Sequence record: NC_010811.2
Length of the DNA: 64,000 bases
Reading direction: 5' to 3' (one strand)
The notes beneath the pieces are model-generated. The model searched no databases, was not told where the DNA came from, and worked only from the letters and a program-made list of their open reading frames with translations. Position 1 is the stretch's first letter. Each line of letters starts with the position of its first letter. Shown piece after piece: positions 46,097 through 55,649 of this stretch. The position numbers were made by a program, and so were the translations under genes.

Positions 46097-47805
46097 AGAA
46101 ATCGACCCAAGACCGTGTGAAGAGCACAGCAGAGTATCAGAAAGAGTTCCAAGAGCTAGTGAAGGCCGTCCGCAACGTGTCGGTCCCGCACTTCTATCTG
46201 CTGGATGATTCGTGCGCGGCCTTCACCGAGAAGGGGCTGGCCTATGTAACTGGGTCGTACACTGCCCTCCAGTTCGTGTGGAACAAGAAGTACTGGGACG
46301 CGATGAACTTGGAGGAGCGGATCTTTGACCTCCTGCACATGTGCCAGCATCTGCTGTCGGGTCACTACGAGCGCATGAAACCGTGGCTCAGTGGGCCAAC
46401 GAAAGACGCAGCCGAGCTGGCGATGGAGCTCGCGGCCAATCACACAGTGCTGCGCAACTTCGCGCTGGATCCCAAACGCATGCCGCTGCTCGGTTCGCGT
46501 ATGGCAACGGTGCACAACACGTTGCCGGAGTTGGAGCTGAGTGACTCGCTGTCGTTGGAGGAGTACTTCTTCCTGCTGAACCAAGCGCAGTCCAACGCGC
46601 AGGCGTGCGGCGGTCAGAGTGAAGAGTCCGACGAGGACGAAGAAAGCACACCGGTTGACGGCCAGGCCCAAGGCAAAGGGCAGAAGGCAAAGGGCGATAC
46701 GCCCAAGGGCAGCAAGAAACAGGAGAACGACGATGAGTCGGAGGACGAGGACGGTGAGGAAGATGGTGATGGGCAGTCGTCTGGTTCGGAACAGTCTGAC
46801 GACAGCGACGAAGATGGCGAGCAGCACGAACAGCCAGACGCTGGGGACGGACAGTCTGACGACGATCCCGATCCTGATGAAGGTACCGAGGACCGCGGGG
46901 AACAGCAGGATGAGCGCGAGGAAGGCGAGGACGCATCTGCTGATGCACCGCCTCCGCCCAAGCCCCTCGACAGCCATGGCAAGTCGGGTGTAAGCCCAGA
47001 GCTGTTGAACAATCTGCTGGCTCACGTTAAGGGTCAGCTTGAGTACCGCGAAGACCAGATGGATGGGGAAGCGGACGAGGCAATGGCCAAGGCGTTTGGG
47101 CGTACGGCGGGCACTGGTGACCATGAGGCGGAGCCCATGGAAAAGACGCCCGTGGACATCGATGCGCAACGCGAATGGCGTAAGTTCGCGTATCGCCTCG
47201 AACGCAGTCTCCGCAAGAAGGAAGGAGCAACTAGCTGGCTGCCGAACAAGCGGTACGTGGCACTGGGTTTGGAAGAGGCGGGTCTGTGTATGCCTGCGTA
47301 CACTGCGCCACGCAAATCGCACGTGAAGGCCGTCGTGTTTCTGGACACCTCCGCGTCGTGCGACTGGATGCGGACCCCGTTCTTCACGATCCTCACTTCC
47401 ATTCCGAAGGAAATCTTCGAGGTCGCGACCTACACCTTCACCACGAAGGTGCACCCCTTCAATCCAAAGGCGCCACGGTTCCATCGCGGCGGAACATCGT
47501 TCAACGGTTTCGAGAAGGTGTTCGACGCTGAAGTGGCGAAGGACCGCACACGGAACGTGAAGCACTACGCGTTCGTCATTACGGATGGGGAGGTGTGTCA
47601 AATCTTCTCGCCGAAGAATCCGGCGGACTGGTGGTTTATCATGCTGCGCCCCGATTCGTTAGCCGGACGTCTTGGCTATACGCATCACGACTCCAAGTCC
47701 ACAACCAAGTGGTTGAACCCCAAGGTCAACGTGATGGACCTGCATCCGTTCCTCAACCCAAAGATGCAAGCAGAACTCGCCAGAGGAGTAGACATAGAAT
47801 GGTAG
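46093..47805 (+). CDS. DUF2201-like metallopeptidase-like domain, acidic linker and VWA domain
   Basis: LLHMCQHLLSGH, NHTVL, D/E-rich linker, VFLDTSAS (MIDAS-like), GGTSF, FVITDG. Confidence 0.8.
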   Translation: MKKSTQDRVKSTAEYQKEFQELVKAVRNVSVPHFYLLDDSCAAFTEKGLAYVTGSYTALQFVWNKKYWDAMNLEERIFDLLHMCQHLLSGHYERMKPWLSGPTKDAAELAMELAANHTVLRNFALDPKRMPLLGSRMATVHNTLPELELSDSLSLEEYFFLLNQAQSNAQACGGQSEESDEDEESTPVDGQAQGKGQKAKGDTPKGSKKQENDDESEDEDGEEDGDGQSSGSEQSDDSDEDGEQHEQPDAGDGQSDDDPDPDEGTEDRGEQQDEREEGEDASADAPPPPKPLDSHGKSGVSPELLNNLLAHVKGQLEYREDQMDGEADEAMAKAFGRTAGTGDHEAEPMEKTPVDIDAQREWRKFAYRLERSLRKKEGATSWLPNKRYVALGLEEAGLCMPAYTAPRKSHVKAVVFLDTSASCDWMRTPFFTILTSIPKEIFEVATYTFTTKVHPFNPKAPRFHRGGTSFNGFEKVFDAEVAKDRTRNVKHYAFVITDGEVCQIFSPKNPADWWFIMLRPDSLAGRLGYTHHDSKSTTKWLNPKVNVMDLHPFLNPKMQAELARGVDIEW

Positions 47806-48125
47806 AACGTGAGTGGCTGGTGGCAACCCTCAAGCAGGACTTCCTCCGGCTGAAGCAAGGTACTACGGTTGTCATCTGTCAGTCGGCTATCGTACACGCA
47901 GACGTACGGCAGACTTGGTGGATGCTTGAACCCTACAGTCGTACAGCGTATCAGGTGAGCGAGCAGTTCTTCGGCCGTCGGCTGCTTGCCCTATGTCGTG
48001 TGGAGCGCGTATCGCGCAACCCCGAGCAGTGCACACAACGGCTGAAAGAATGCCTGAAGGGCACACCCTTCGATCCCAAGAACGCGTCGCACATCGCTGC
48101 GCTTCGCGCACGTAGCAAGGCGTGA
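47799..48125 (+). CDS. Hypothetical protein
   Basis: SD GAGGAG. Confidence 0.55.
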   Translation: MVEREWLVATLKQDFLRLKQGTTVVICQSAIVHADVRQTWWMLEPYSRTAYQVSEQFFGRRLLALCRVERVSRNPEQCTQRLKECLKGTPFDPKNASHIAALRARSKA

Positions 48126-48157
48126 TCAAAGGGGGAGCCCTAATCTAAGGAGTAGTT

Positions 48158-48589
48158 ATGACTACAGACAAAGTATTGCGGAGCTTGAAGTCACTGGAAG
48201 ATCCGTACGCGAAGGTGTTGCTGGTGGATAGCGATGGGCGGGCAGCAACTGTAGACGCTGCCGCGCTCAATGGACGTCTGCCGTCTTGTTCTGGGGCAAT
48301 GGTGTTGGGCACCAACATCGTCCTCCGGGCGCTGCCGAAGAACGCGGACTTCCCAACGGGGCCACTACCCGAGGCGCGTCCCATCTACGCGCAGACCAAG
48401 TATGCAGTCCAGGAGTTCTCGGAGCACGACGCGCTGATCTGGAAGATTGGCTTCCAGGCTGACAACGGTTTCTGTGTTCCAGACCGCAACGTTCTGCGCC
48501 AAGGCTACACACTGCTTCCGCAGTGGGATGCCGAAGCCAAGATCCTCATTCAAACGGAGGCACGAGTATGGCCACACGCATCGAAGTAA
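48158..48589 (+). CDS. Hypothetical protein
   Basis: SD AAGGAG. Confidence 0.6.
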   Translation: MTTDKVLRSLKSLEDPYAKVLLVDSDGRAATVDAAALNGRLPSCSGAMVLGTNIVLRALPKNADFPTGPLPEARPIYAQTKYAVQEFSEHDALIWKIGFQADNGFCVPDRNVLRQGYTLLPQWDAEAKILIQTEARVWPHASK

Positions 48590-48903
48590 GCGATCACAAA
48601 TCCATCCGCATCGAAGCTGTCGAGATGCGAGGCCAGCAGTATATCTCACTGCGCCAGATGTACAGCACAAAGCGCGATCCCACGTGGAAGCCCGGCCGAC
48701 AAGGCATGATGTTGGAAGTCGGTGAGCAGAAAGCGAACATCGCGGGTCGTGTGTCGCGCGTCATCACCAAGCTGCTGGAAGATCCGGACACAGTGTTCCG
48801 CGTGTTGGACCCCGGCACAGGCGACGAGCAGCAAGAAGAGAAACCGGTCAGTGGTAAAAAGAAGGTGGGCAGCAAATCCGTCAAACGCAAAACGAAGGAG
48901 TAG
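48568..48903 (+). CDS. PC4/KELP-like ssDNA-binding protein
   Basis: IRIEAVEMRGQQYISLRQMY....TWKPGRQGMML matches the PC4 pattern YIDIRxxY...WKPxKKGI. Confidence 0.8.
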   Translation: MATRIEVSDHKSIRIEAVEMRGQQYISLRQMYSTKRDPTWKPGRQGMMLEVGEQKANIAGRVSRVITKLLEDPDTVFRVLDPGTGDEQQEEKPVSGKKKVGSKSVKRKTKE

Positions 48904-48906
48904 ACA

Positions 48907-49686
48907 ATGGATCAACTGGAAGTAGTGAAGGAGCGCGTACTGCGTCGCGCGAACATCGCCAAGTGGGGTCTTGGCTTGGTCGGTGTGCTGTTGGTGGCGC
49001 CCGTCATCTGGATGCTGGCCTATGCAGTGTTGGGCGCCGCCGCGCTGGGCGCAAGTTTGGCGGTGGCTGGTGTCGTTGGTCTGACCATCGTCAACATGGC
49101 GCCGGTCGTCACAATGAAGCTGGCCAACGCCAAGATCAAAGCCATAATGGCTGAAGCAGCGCGCAATCCCATCCCCACCCTGTGGAATGAGTGGGAGAAG
49201 GACGGCGAGGAGCTGCGTGAGTTCGAGAAGGCGATCGCTGACTACGCAACCGAGATCGAGAACGTGCAGTCCAAGGCCAAGAAGCTGACCGTTGATCTCA
49301 AGCCCGAAGACCTCCAGCAGTTCCAGGACGACATCGACGCTATGCGCCAGGATCTGGCGTTGCAGCAGGGGGACTTGGATCAGGCGCGCCAAGAACACGA
49401 GCAGTTCCGTCTCGAAGTGAAGCGTGCATCCGCCATCTGGGACCTGAACATGGCAGTGTCCAAGGCCAACGCCAAGAACTTGAATCGCGCCGAAGAAACG
49501 ATGGCACGGATCAAGAAGGAAACGGCGCTGGACACGGTGACCGCCAGCATGAACCGCAGCAAGGCTCAGTTGCGCGAGCGCATTCGTAGCCGTACTACGG
49601 TCAACGGTATGGCGCAGATCGGTAACGAACCGTCGGCCAGTCTGCCGCTGCCCACCTCGTCCACGTACACCAAGGTCCGGGCCTGA
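48907..49686 (+). CDS. Membrane-anchored coiled-coil protein (PspA-like)
   Basis: Two N-terminal TM segments then a long helical region. Confidence 0.6.
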   Translation: MDQLEVVKERVLRRANIAKWGLGLVGVLLVAPVIWMLAYAVLGAAALGASLAVAGVVGLTIVNMAPVVTMKLANAKIKAIMAEAARNPIPTLWNEWEKDGEELREFEKAIADYATEIENVQSKAKKLTVDLKPEDLQQFQDDIDAMRQDLALQQGDLDQARQEHEQFRLEVKRASAIWDLNMAVSKANAKNLNRAEETMARIKKETALDTVTASMNRSKAQLRERIRSRTTVNGMAQIGNEPSASLPLPTSSTYTKVRA

Positions 49687-49840
49687 TCATGCCACTGCCA
49701 AGTCATCACGATGATCCACCCAAGTGGTACGAGCGCGTGATCCTGATTGGTGCCGCCGTCCTCTTGATTGGCGGCTTTCTGCACACGGCCACGGTCAATG
49801 GAACTCCGGTGATCCAGGCCATCGTAGGGGCTATGAAGCT

Positions 49841-50140
49841 ATGAATCGGCGTCAGCGTGTGATTCCAGAAAGCGTGGAGCAGGCGTTGCTCATCGCTTTC
49901 CTGGCAGTGGTAGCGATCGCAGCGATCGTGTTGGCTGGTGTCGCCGCCTACAACTGGCATCAGAAGAAGGTGTACCTGACGACGCATGAATGTCTGCAGA
50001 TCTCCGAGATGAAGACGGGGCGTACACTAGGCTGCGGTAAGGGCTGTGTCCGCGACGAGCTTGTGCACCTCTACGAATGCCGAGACGGTACGATGCTGGA
50101 TCTGGACGGCGTCATGTTTACCAAGCGAGAATCGAAATGA
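49841..50140 (+). CDS. Membrane-anchored Cys-containing protein
   Basis: One TM, C-terminal C..C pattern. Confidence 0.55.
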   Translation: MNRRQRVIPESVEQALLIAFLAVVAIAAIVLAGVAAYNWHQKKVYLTTHECLQISEMKTGRTLGCGKGCVRDELVHLYECRDGTMLDLDGVMFTKRESK

Positions 50141-50814
50141 CTACTCAACGAGAGCCGTTGAAGCCCTGTCCCTTCTGTAGCGGTATTCCGACCCTGGAAG
50201 AGAAGCCGAATTCTGGGGTCGGTATGTGGACTGGGGGCCTACCTCCGGTTGTGGAGCGTACGGTCACAATCCGCTGTGACAGTTGTGGCATACCCCATCT
50301 CTACCGAAGCACGGAGGTGAAGCTGCACGCCTCAGAGAGCGAGGCGCGGGCTTTTATCTATACTCAGGCTGCTACTGTCTGGAATCTGCGGCCGACGCCA
50401 AACGCTCAGCTCACCGTGTCGGTCTTCCCAATCGCTACTCGTCCCGAGGACGGCCAGTACATCTTCTACTGGTTCGAGCCCTTCGGTACGTGGCACGCGG
50501 GACGATACGACAAGGCGAGTGATTCGGTGTACGGCCGATCGGGGTTCACTTCTGTGATTCCCGAAGTTCCGTTCTGGATGCCGGAATTCGAGCCGCAGGC
50601 CACACCCAACGCCGTGAACGACGTCACGCTGTATCGTGAGCTTCTGGCTTGCGCCTATCAGCTCGCGGGTTTGGTCGGGGCGCCGGTCAAATGGCTCGAC
50701 GCACTGAGCAACGGCGCTGAAGGCAAGTTGGAACGCGAAGTCATCAATCAGCTGTTACCCATCACTCAGGATCAACTGGATCCGAATTCGTTCGTCAAGT
50801 CGGAGGACCAATGA
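50137..50814 (+). CDS. Lar-like (restriction-alleviation) Zn-finger domain protein
   Basis: LKPCPFCSG...IRCDSCG...AATVWNLR. Confidence 0.7.
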   Translation: MTTQREPLKPCPFCSGIPTLEEKPNSGVGMWTGGLPPVVERTVTIRCDSCGIPHLYRSTEVKLHASESEARAFIYTQAATVWNLRPTPNAQLTVSVFPIATRPEDGQYIFYWFEPFGTWHAGRYDKASDSVYGRSGFTSVIPEVPFWMPEFEPQATPNAVNDVTLYRELLACAYQLAGLVGAPVKWLDALSNGAEGKLEREVINQLLPITQDQLDPNSFVKSEDQ

Positions 50815-51050
50815 AATTCCGCATCGTACTGAGCGCGCTACTCCTCGTGCTCCTCATCATGCTGTACGCTGTGTTCCACAAGTCGTCGGTCGACGACAGC
50901 ACCGCACCTGATCCAGTCTCGCAGTCCTCGGACAGCGGGTCCTCCAGTTCGTCGGGCGGCGGTCAGTACTCCGGTCTCGGCAAGTGATCGCAAGTAGTAA
51001 ATAGCAGGTACCACAACCCATCGAGGTTTTCTACAAGGAACAACAACATC

Positions 51051-52001
51051 ATGTCCAAAATCAATCGTGCTCAAATCGTGATCTTCGGCCTGCTGTATGG
51101 CTTCGCAACTCTGGCATCGGCACAAGCGTTGACCGTGGCCGGTGGTGGTGGCATCAAGCAAGGCTCGACCTACAGCGCAATCCTGGGCGAACTGGCTACG
51201 GCCTGTGCCGACGACGGCATCCAACTCAGCGAAGTCCAGACGTCGGGTGGTCCGCAGAACCTGGAACTGCTGAAGGGCAACAAGGTGGCTGCCGCCATCG
51301 TGCAGACCGACATCCTGTTCGCGGCCAAGCTGGACAACGCGACGTCGGTCGCCAACATCAAGACGGTTGTGGCACTGCATCCAGAGCCCATCCATCTGGT
51401 GGTGCGTGCCGATGCTAAGACCGAAGGTGGCGTCACTGTCTTCGGCAAGAACATCGGCGGCGACACCGTCGTGTTCAAGAACGCAGAAGACCTGAAGGGG
51501 CGTCCGGTGGGTGCGGTCGGCGGTAGCGTGATCAGCGCCCGTATCCTCGGCGAACAACTGCGCTACGGCTGGCAGATCACCGAGTATGCCAAGACCACGG
51601 ATCTGTTGCAGGCATTGTCTGCCCACAAGATCGACGCTGCCATCATCGTGGCGGGTGCTCCGTCGGCTGCTGTCGCTCAGATCAACGGCCATCAGTTCAA
51701 GCTGCTCCCCATTCGCGGCAACAGCGATACGGCTGCGGTCTACAATCCGGCCAAGATCCAGTACCCGAACCTGAATGCGGGCCGCGCCGTTGACACGCTG
51801 AGCGAACAGGCGCTGCTGGTGACTCGCACCTGGAAGTCGGACGACATGCTCAAGAAACTGGGCGCGGTCCGTGCGTGTTTCAACAAGCAACTGCCGAACA
51901 TCCAAGATCGTCAGGGCACGCATCCGGCGTGGCAGGACATGGACGCCACGCAGCAGGGCAAGTGGGTCTGGTACGACCTGCCGAAGGTCGCCGTCAAGTG
52001 A
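51051..52001 (+). CDS. TAXI-family TRAP substrate-binding protein
   Basis: Signal peptide; GSTYSA, TSGGPQNLELL, AAIVQTDIL, ALHPEPIHLVVRAD, GAVGGS. Confidence 0.85.
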   Translation: MSKINRAQIVIFGLLYGFATLASAQALTVAGGGGIKQGSTYSAILGELATACADDGIQLSEVQTSGGPQNLELLKGNKVAAAIVQTDILFAAKLDNATSVANIKTVVALHPEPIHLVVRADAKTEGGVTVFGKNIGGDTVVFKNAEDLKGRPVGAVGGSVISARILGEQLRYGWQITEYAKTTDLLQALSAHKIDAAIIVAGAPSAAVAQINGHQFKLLPIRGNSDTAAVYNPAKIQYPNLNAGRAVDTLSEQALLVTRTWKSDDMLKKLGAVRACFNKQLPNIQDRQGTHPAWQDMDATQQGKWVWYDLPKVAVK

Positions 52002-52008
52002 GGCACGT

Positions 52009-52299
52009 GTGAGCAACACTGCCTGCCATCCTGGATCCATTCTGCGGTACGAAGTAATACCTGCACTCAAGCTGTCGGAAGACGTCGCAGCCCGTCAGCT
52101 TGGGATTTCCCCCGCCCATCTGCGTGAAGTGTTGACCGAGAAGGCTCCGATCACCGCTGATCTCGCATTGCGCATCGAGCACTGGCTTGGCATCATGCAC
52201 GGTGGTCGTGCTCGCATGTGGCTGGAGATGCAGATGGACTACGACTTGCAAGTGGCGCAGGCCAGCCCGCCCACTGGCGTTTTGAAGGCACCTGTCTAA
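52009..52299 (+). CDS. higA: Orphan HigA/VapI-like antitoxin (HTH)
   Basis: HPGSILRYEV...AARQLGIS...ITADLALRIEHWLG...ARMWLEMQMDYDL; no HigB toxin adjacent. Confidence 0.85.
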   Translation: MSNTACHPGSILRYEVIPALKLSEDVAARQLGISPAHLREVLTEKAPITADLALRIEHWLGIMHGGRARMWLEMQMDYDLQVAQASPPTGVLKAPV

Positions 52300-52462
52300 T
52301 GCGACCTACCTGGACCGAAGACCAAGTCGCGCAGTTCAAGGAATGGCACGAGCGGCGGATGGCTGAGTTGCAATACCCGCCTGCACTTGTCGCCGAATTG
52401 CGACGCACCCGCGATCGCTGGATTCCAGCGGCTAAATCGCCGAAGTAGTACAGAGCAGTACC

Positions 52463-52486
52463 CGGGAGCCAAGAGGCTCCCGTTTT
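52463..52486 (+). terminator. Rho-independent terminator
   Basis: CGGGAGCC-AAGA-GGCTCCCG-TTTT. Confidence 0.7.
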
Positions 52487-52510
52487 CATCAACTATCCAG
52501 AGAGGATATC

Positions 52511-53626
52511 ATGCAACAAGCTGAGAAGCGATACGATCTGTTGGTGTTCATAGGGCGGTTCCAGCCCTTCCACAACGGCCACAAGCACGTCGTGGATAAG
52601 GCGCTGGAACAAGCGGACAACGTTCTGGTGCTCGTCGGCTCGGCCAATCGCCCACGTACTCGCAAGAATCCGTGGTCGTTTGTCGAACGGCGCGATATGA
52701 TCCAATCGGTGTATCAGGACAACGGGCGACTGCACATTGCCCGCTTGGACGATCACCTGCACGAGAACGACTTCCACTGGATCATGGAAGTGCAACAGGC
52801 AGTCGCCGCGTGCTGCCGTTGGAAGCTAGGGTTGCGCGATGGTGCTGCACGCATCGGTCTTATCGGCCACTCGAAAGACCAGACGTCGTACTACCTGAAG
52901 AAGTTCCCGCAGTGGAGTTCGGTGAACGTCGACGGGTACAAGGTGGAAAACACGGTGCTGGACGCCACCAGTCTGCGCCGAGTCATGATCGAGGTCGGCG
53001 GCTGCTCTCCGACCTTCACCTTCGACCAATTCGTTCCGAAACCTGTAGCTGAATGGCTTCAACGTGAGCACGGACAGCATGGGAACGGGAACATGGCCAC
53101 TGATCTGTTGTTCAAGGACCTGAAGGTGGCTGATGACTTCGTGAAGAAGTATCGCGAAGATCATAAGTACAAGGGAGGGCAGCCGTACATGCCGATCCAC
53201 ACGACGACCGACGCAGTGGTCATTCAGTCGGGTCACGTGCTGCTGGGTCGCCGTAAATTCAACCCTGGGAAGGGTCTGTGGGCGTTGCCTGGTGGATTCG
53301 TGCACGAGTTCGAGCCGTCGATGAGTGCAGCACTCCGTGAGTTGCGCGAGGAGACGACGATCGATCTGCCGGACGAAACGCTGAAGCTGGCGTTCCGTTT
53401 CAAGCAGGTGTTCTCCGACGTGAACCGCAGTGACGATCGCGGCCGCATCATCACGCATGGGTATCTGTTCCTGCTCAACGATCGCGAGACGCTGCCCAAA
53501 GTCAAGGCCGCCGACGATCTGGCCGAGGTCAAGTGGGTACCACTGGGGTTGCTGGATAGCTCCGAGATGTATTCGGATCACTACTGGATCATCCACAAGA
53601 TGATTGACATGCTCCCGGTGGACTAA
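52511..53626 (+). CDS. nadM: Bifunctional NMN adenylyltransferase / Nudix ADP-ribose pyrophosphatase (NadM-Nudix)
   Basis: FIGRFQPFHNGH, VGSAN..KNPW, LIGHSKD..SYYL..FPQW; Nudix box ALPGGFV..E....AALRELREET. Confidence 0.95.
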   Translation: MQQAEKRYDLLVFIGRFQPFHNGHKHVVDKALEQADNVLVLVGSANRPRTRKNPWSFVERRDMIQSVYQDNGRLHIARLDDHLHENDFHWIMEVQQAVAACCRWKLGLRDGAARIGLIGHSKDQTSYYLKKFPQWSSVNVDGYKVENTVLDATSLRRVMIEVGGCSPTFTFDQFVPKPVAEWLQREHGQHGNGNMATDLLFKDLKVADDFVKKYREDHKYKGGQPYMPIHTTTDAVVIQSGHVLLGRRKFNPGKGLWALPGGFVHEFEPSMSAALRELREETTIDLPDETLKLAFRFKQVFSDVNRSDDRGRIITHGYLFLLNDRETLPKVKAADDLAEVKWVPLGLLDSSEMYSDHYWIIHKMIDMLPVD

Positions 53627-53629
53627 ACC

Positions 53630-54088
53630 ATGGACCTCAGTCAGCAAGAGCTGGCGATCTTGGCGTCCTTCGTCTTCCTGCCGCTTCCGAAACGAGCGGT
53701 AGGTCGACGTGGGGCCGAGGTGGCCCAAGTAGCGCGCCCTGTGTTCGCCAAGTTGTTTCAGAAGTACGTGAAGGGACGCTTCGCGTTGCAGGTAACGATC
53801 ACCTGCAAGAAGCTGGTGCGTCGCGGACTGCTGTACCAGAGCGGTACGGTGGAACCCGAGGTCAGGCAGCCGGTGCGTATGCAAAAGGCGAAGTGCGCAC
53901 CGTCGCCTATTCAAAGCCCTGTCTTTGCTTTGACGGAGTCTGGCCTGTGGTTCGTCTTGTCGCAGTGTGACCAATCGCAACTGTGTACCGCCCGTCAGGC
54001 GATCAGTGCATGGAAGCATTGGTATCACGCGTATGAAGACGAACCCGGCTTCCAGTCGTTCCAACATTTCGCGTTCGGCGCCGCTTAG
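53630..54088 (+). CDS. Hypothetical protein (possible winged HTH)
   Basis: 152-aa ORF between the two NAD genes. Confidence 0.55.
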   Translation: MDLSQQELAILASFVFLPLPKRAVGRRGAEVAQVARPVFAKLFQKYVKGRFALQVTITCKKLVRRGLLYQSGTVEPEVRQPVRMQKAKCAPSPIQSPVFALTESGLWFVLSQCDQSQLCTARQAISAWKHWYHAYEDEPGFQSFQHFAFGAA

Positions 54089-54147
54089 GCGCCAACCTTA
54101 AACCCTAGAGGGTTTGAGCATTCACCCAACTTTCCAGAGAGGAAATC

Positions 54148-55566
54148 ATGCAAGAGCAAATCAACGACTTCAACTTCGCTGCTGATACTGACAGCTACAA
54201 GTACAGTCACGGTCCACAAGTCCCGAAGAGTCTGGCCTACGTTTCCTCATACGGGGAAGCACGGTCCGACGCCGTGTTCCGGGGCGCGCTGTTTAGCGGC
54301 ATGCAAGTCCGAGTCAAGGACATGCTGGAAAAGCCGCTGACGATGGCGGATGTGGACTTCGCGTACGAGATGGCGATGGCGCATTGCGGGACTTTCCCAC
54401 TTGAGATGATGAAGAAGATCGTCACTCAATACGGCGGGCTGCCTCCGGTTCGGATTCAGGCGCTGCCCGAAGGGCTTGTTGTTCCCAATCGCACTGCCCT
54501 GTGGCAGATCGCCAACTTGGACCCGAGCATGCCGACGCTGCCGCAATTCATGGAGGACCAAATCCTCCGTGACGTGTGGTACATGTCGACTGTGGCTACG
54601 CTGAGCTGGCACATCAAGCAAGACATTCTCGCATTTCTCAACCGCACCTGTGACAACCCCGAAGAGGAGATCGTGTTCCGCCTCCACGACTTCGGGGCAC
54701 GCGGCGCTAGCTCTCGTGAGACAGCGGCGCACGGTGGTCTGGCTCACCTCATCAACTTCATGGGGACCGACACCGTGCTCGCGCTGTATGCTGCACGTCG
54801 TTATTACGGCGAGAAGGTGGCTGGATTCAGCATTCCTGCCATGGAGCACTTCACCGTGACGGCGTGGGGCCGTGAAAACGAGGCGCAGGCGTACGCGAAC
54901 ATGGTTGACACCTTCGGTGGTGAAGGCCGTATCTACGCATGTGTGTCGGATGCCTACGACATCTTCAACGCAGTGGACAACATCTGGGGCCAACAGCTCA
55001 AGGACCGGGTTCTGGCTAAAGGTGGGCGACTCGTCGTTCGTCCTGATTCCGGGGACCCGACATCCGTTGTTCTCTACTGCGTCAAGTCGCTGGCACGGTC
55101 GTTCGGAACGACGACCAACAAGAAGGGGTTCCAAGTGCTGCACCCTGCCGTTCGCGTCATCCAAGGTGATGGCGTGAACCGCGAGTCGATCAGGAGCATC
55201 CTGACGGCTCTCGAGATCAACGGATTCTCGGCAGAGAACGTTGCCTTCGGCATGGGTGGCGCCTTGTTGCAAGGCGTGAATCGAGACACCTTGGGTTTTG
55301 CTCAGAAGGCAAGCGCCATCACCTCTGGGCACAGCAGATGGATCGGTATCAGCAAGGAGCCGGTCACGGCCAAGCAGAAGGTTTCGAAGAAGGGGCGACT
55401 GGCAGTTGTGCGTGAAAGCGACAGCTACCTGACGATCCAGGAATCGGAACTGGGTGGCCGCGAGAACCTGCTCCAGGATGTCTTCGACGGACAGTCCCTT
55501 GTGCGAGACATGTCATTCTCCGAAGTTCGGGAGAACGCGAATCGAAGTGTGTTGCCCCGGCTGTAA
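54148..55566 (+). CDS. nadV: Nicotinamide phosphoribosyltransferase (Nampt/NadV)
   Basis: DTDSYKYSH, RLHDFGARG, NFMGTDT, SIPAMEH, VSDAYD, VVRPDSGDP, RVIQGDG, AFGMGGALLQ.VNRDT, KVSKKG. Confidence 0.96.
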   Translation: MQEQINDFNFAADTDSYKYSHGPQVPKSLAYVSSYGEARSDAVFRGALFSGMQVRVKDMLEKPLTMADVDFAYEMAMAHCGTFPLEMMKKIVTQYGGLPPVRIQALPEGLVVPNRTALWQIANLDPSMPTLPQFMEDQILRDVWYMSTVATLSWHIKQDILAFLNRTCDNPEEEIVFRLHDFGARGASSRETAAHGGLAHLINFMGTDTVLALYAARRYYGEKVAGFSIPAMEHFTVTAWGRENEAQAYANMVDTFGGEGRIYACVSDAYDIFNAVDNIWGQQLKDRVLAKGGRLVVRPDSGDPTSVVLYCVKSLARSFGTTTNKKGFQVLHPAVRVIQGDGVNRESIRSILTALEINGFSAENVAFGMGGALLQGVNRDTLGFAQKASAITSGHSRWIGISKEPVTAKQKVSKKGRLAVVRESDSYLTIQESELGGRENLLQDVFDGQSLVRDMSFSEVRENANRSVLPRL

Positions 55567-55585
55567 ATAGGGGTGTAAGCAGTGC

Positions 55586-55617
55586 CCCGGTGGACCTAAC
55601 CCGTCCACCGGGTTTTT
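55586..55617 (+). terminator. Rho-independent terminator
   Basis: CCCGGTGGAC-CTAACCC-GTCCACCGGG-TTTTT. Confidence 0.85.
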
Positions 55618-55649
55618 GTGTCGCGCTTTCAACCTAACCATCTTCCATT

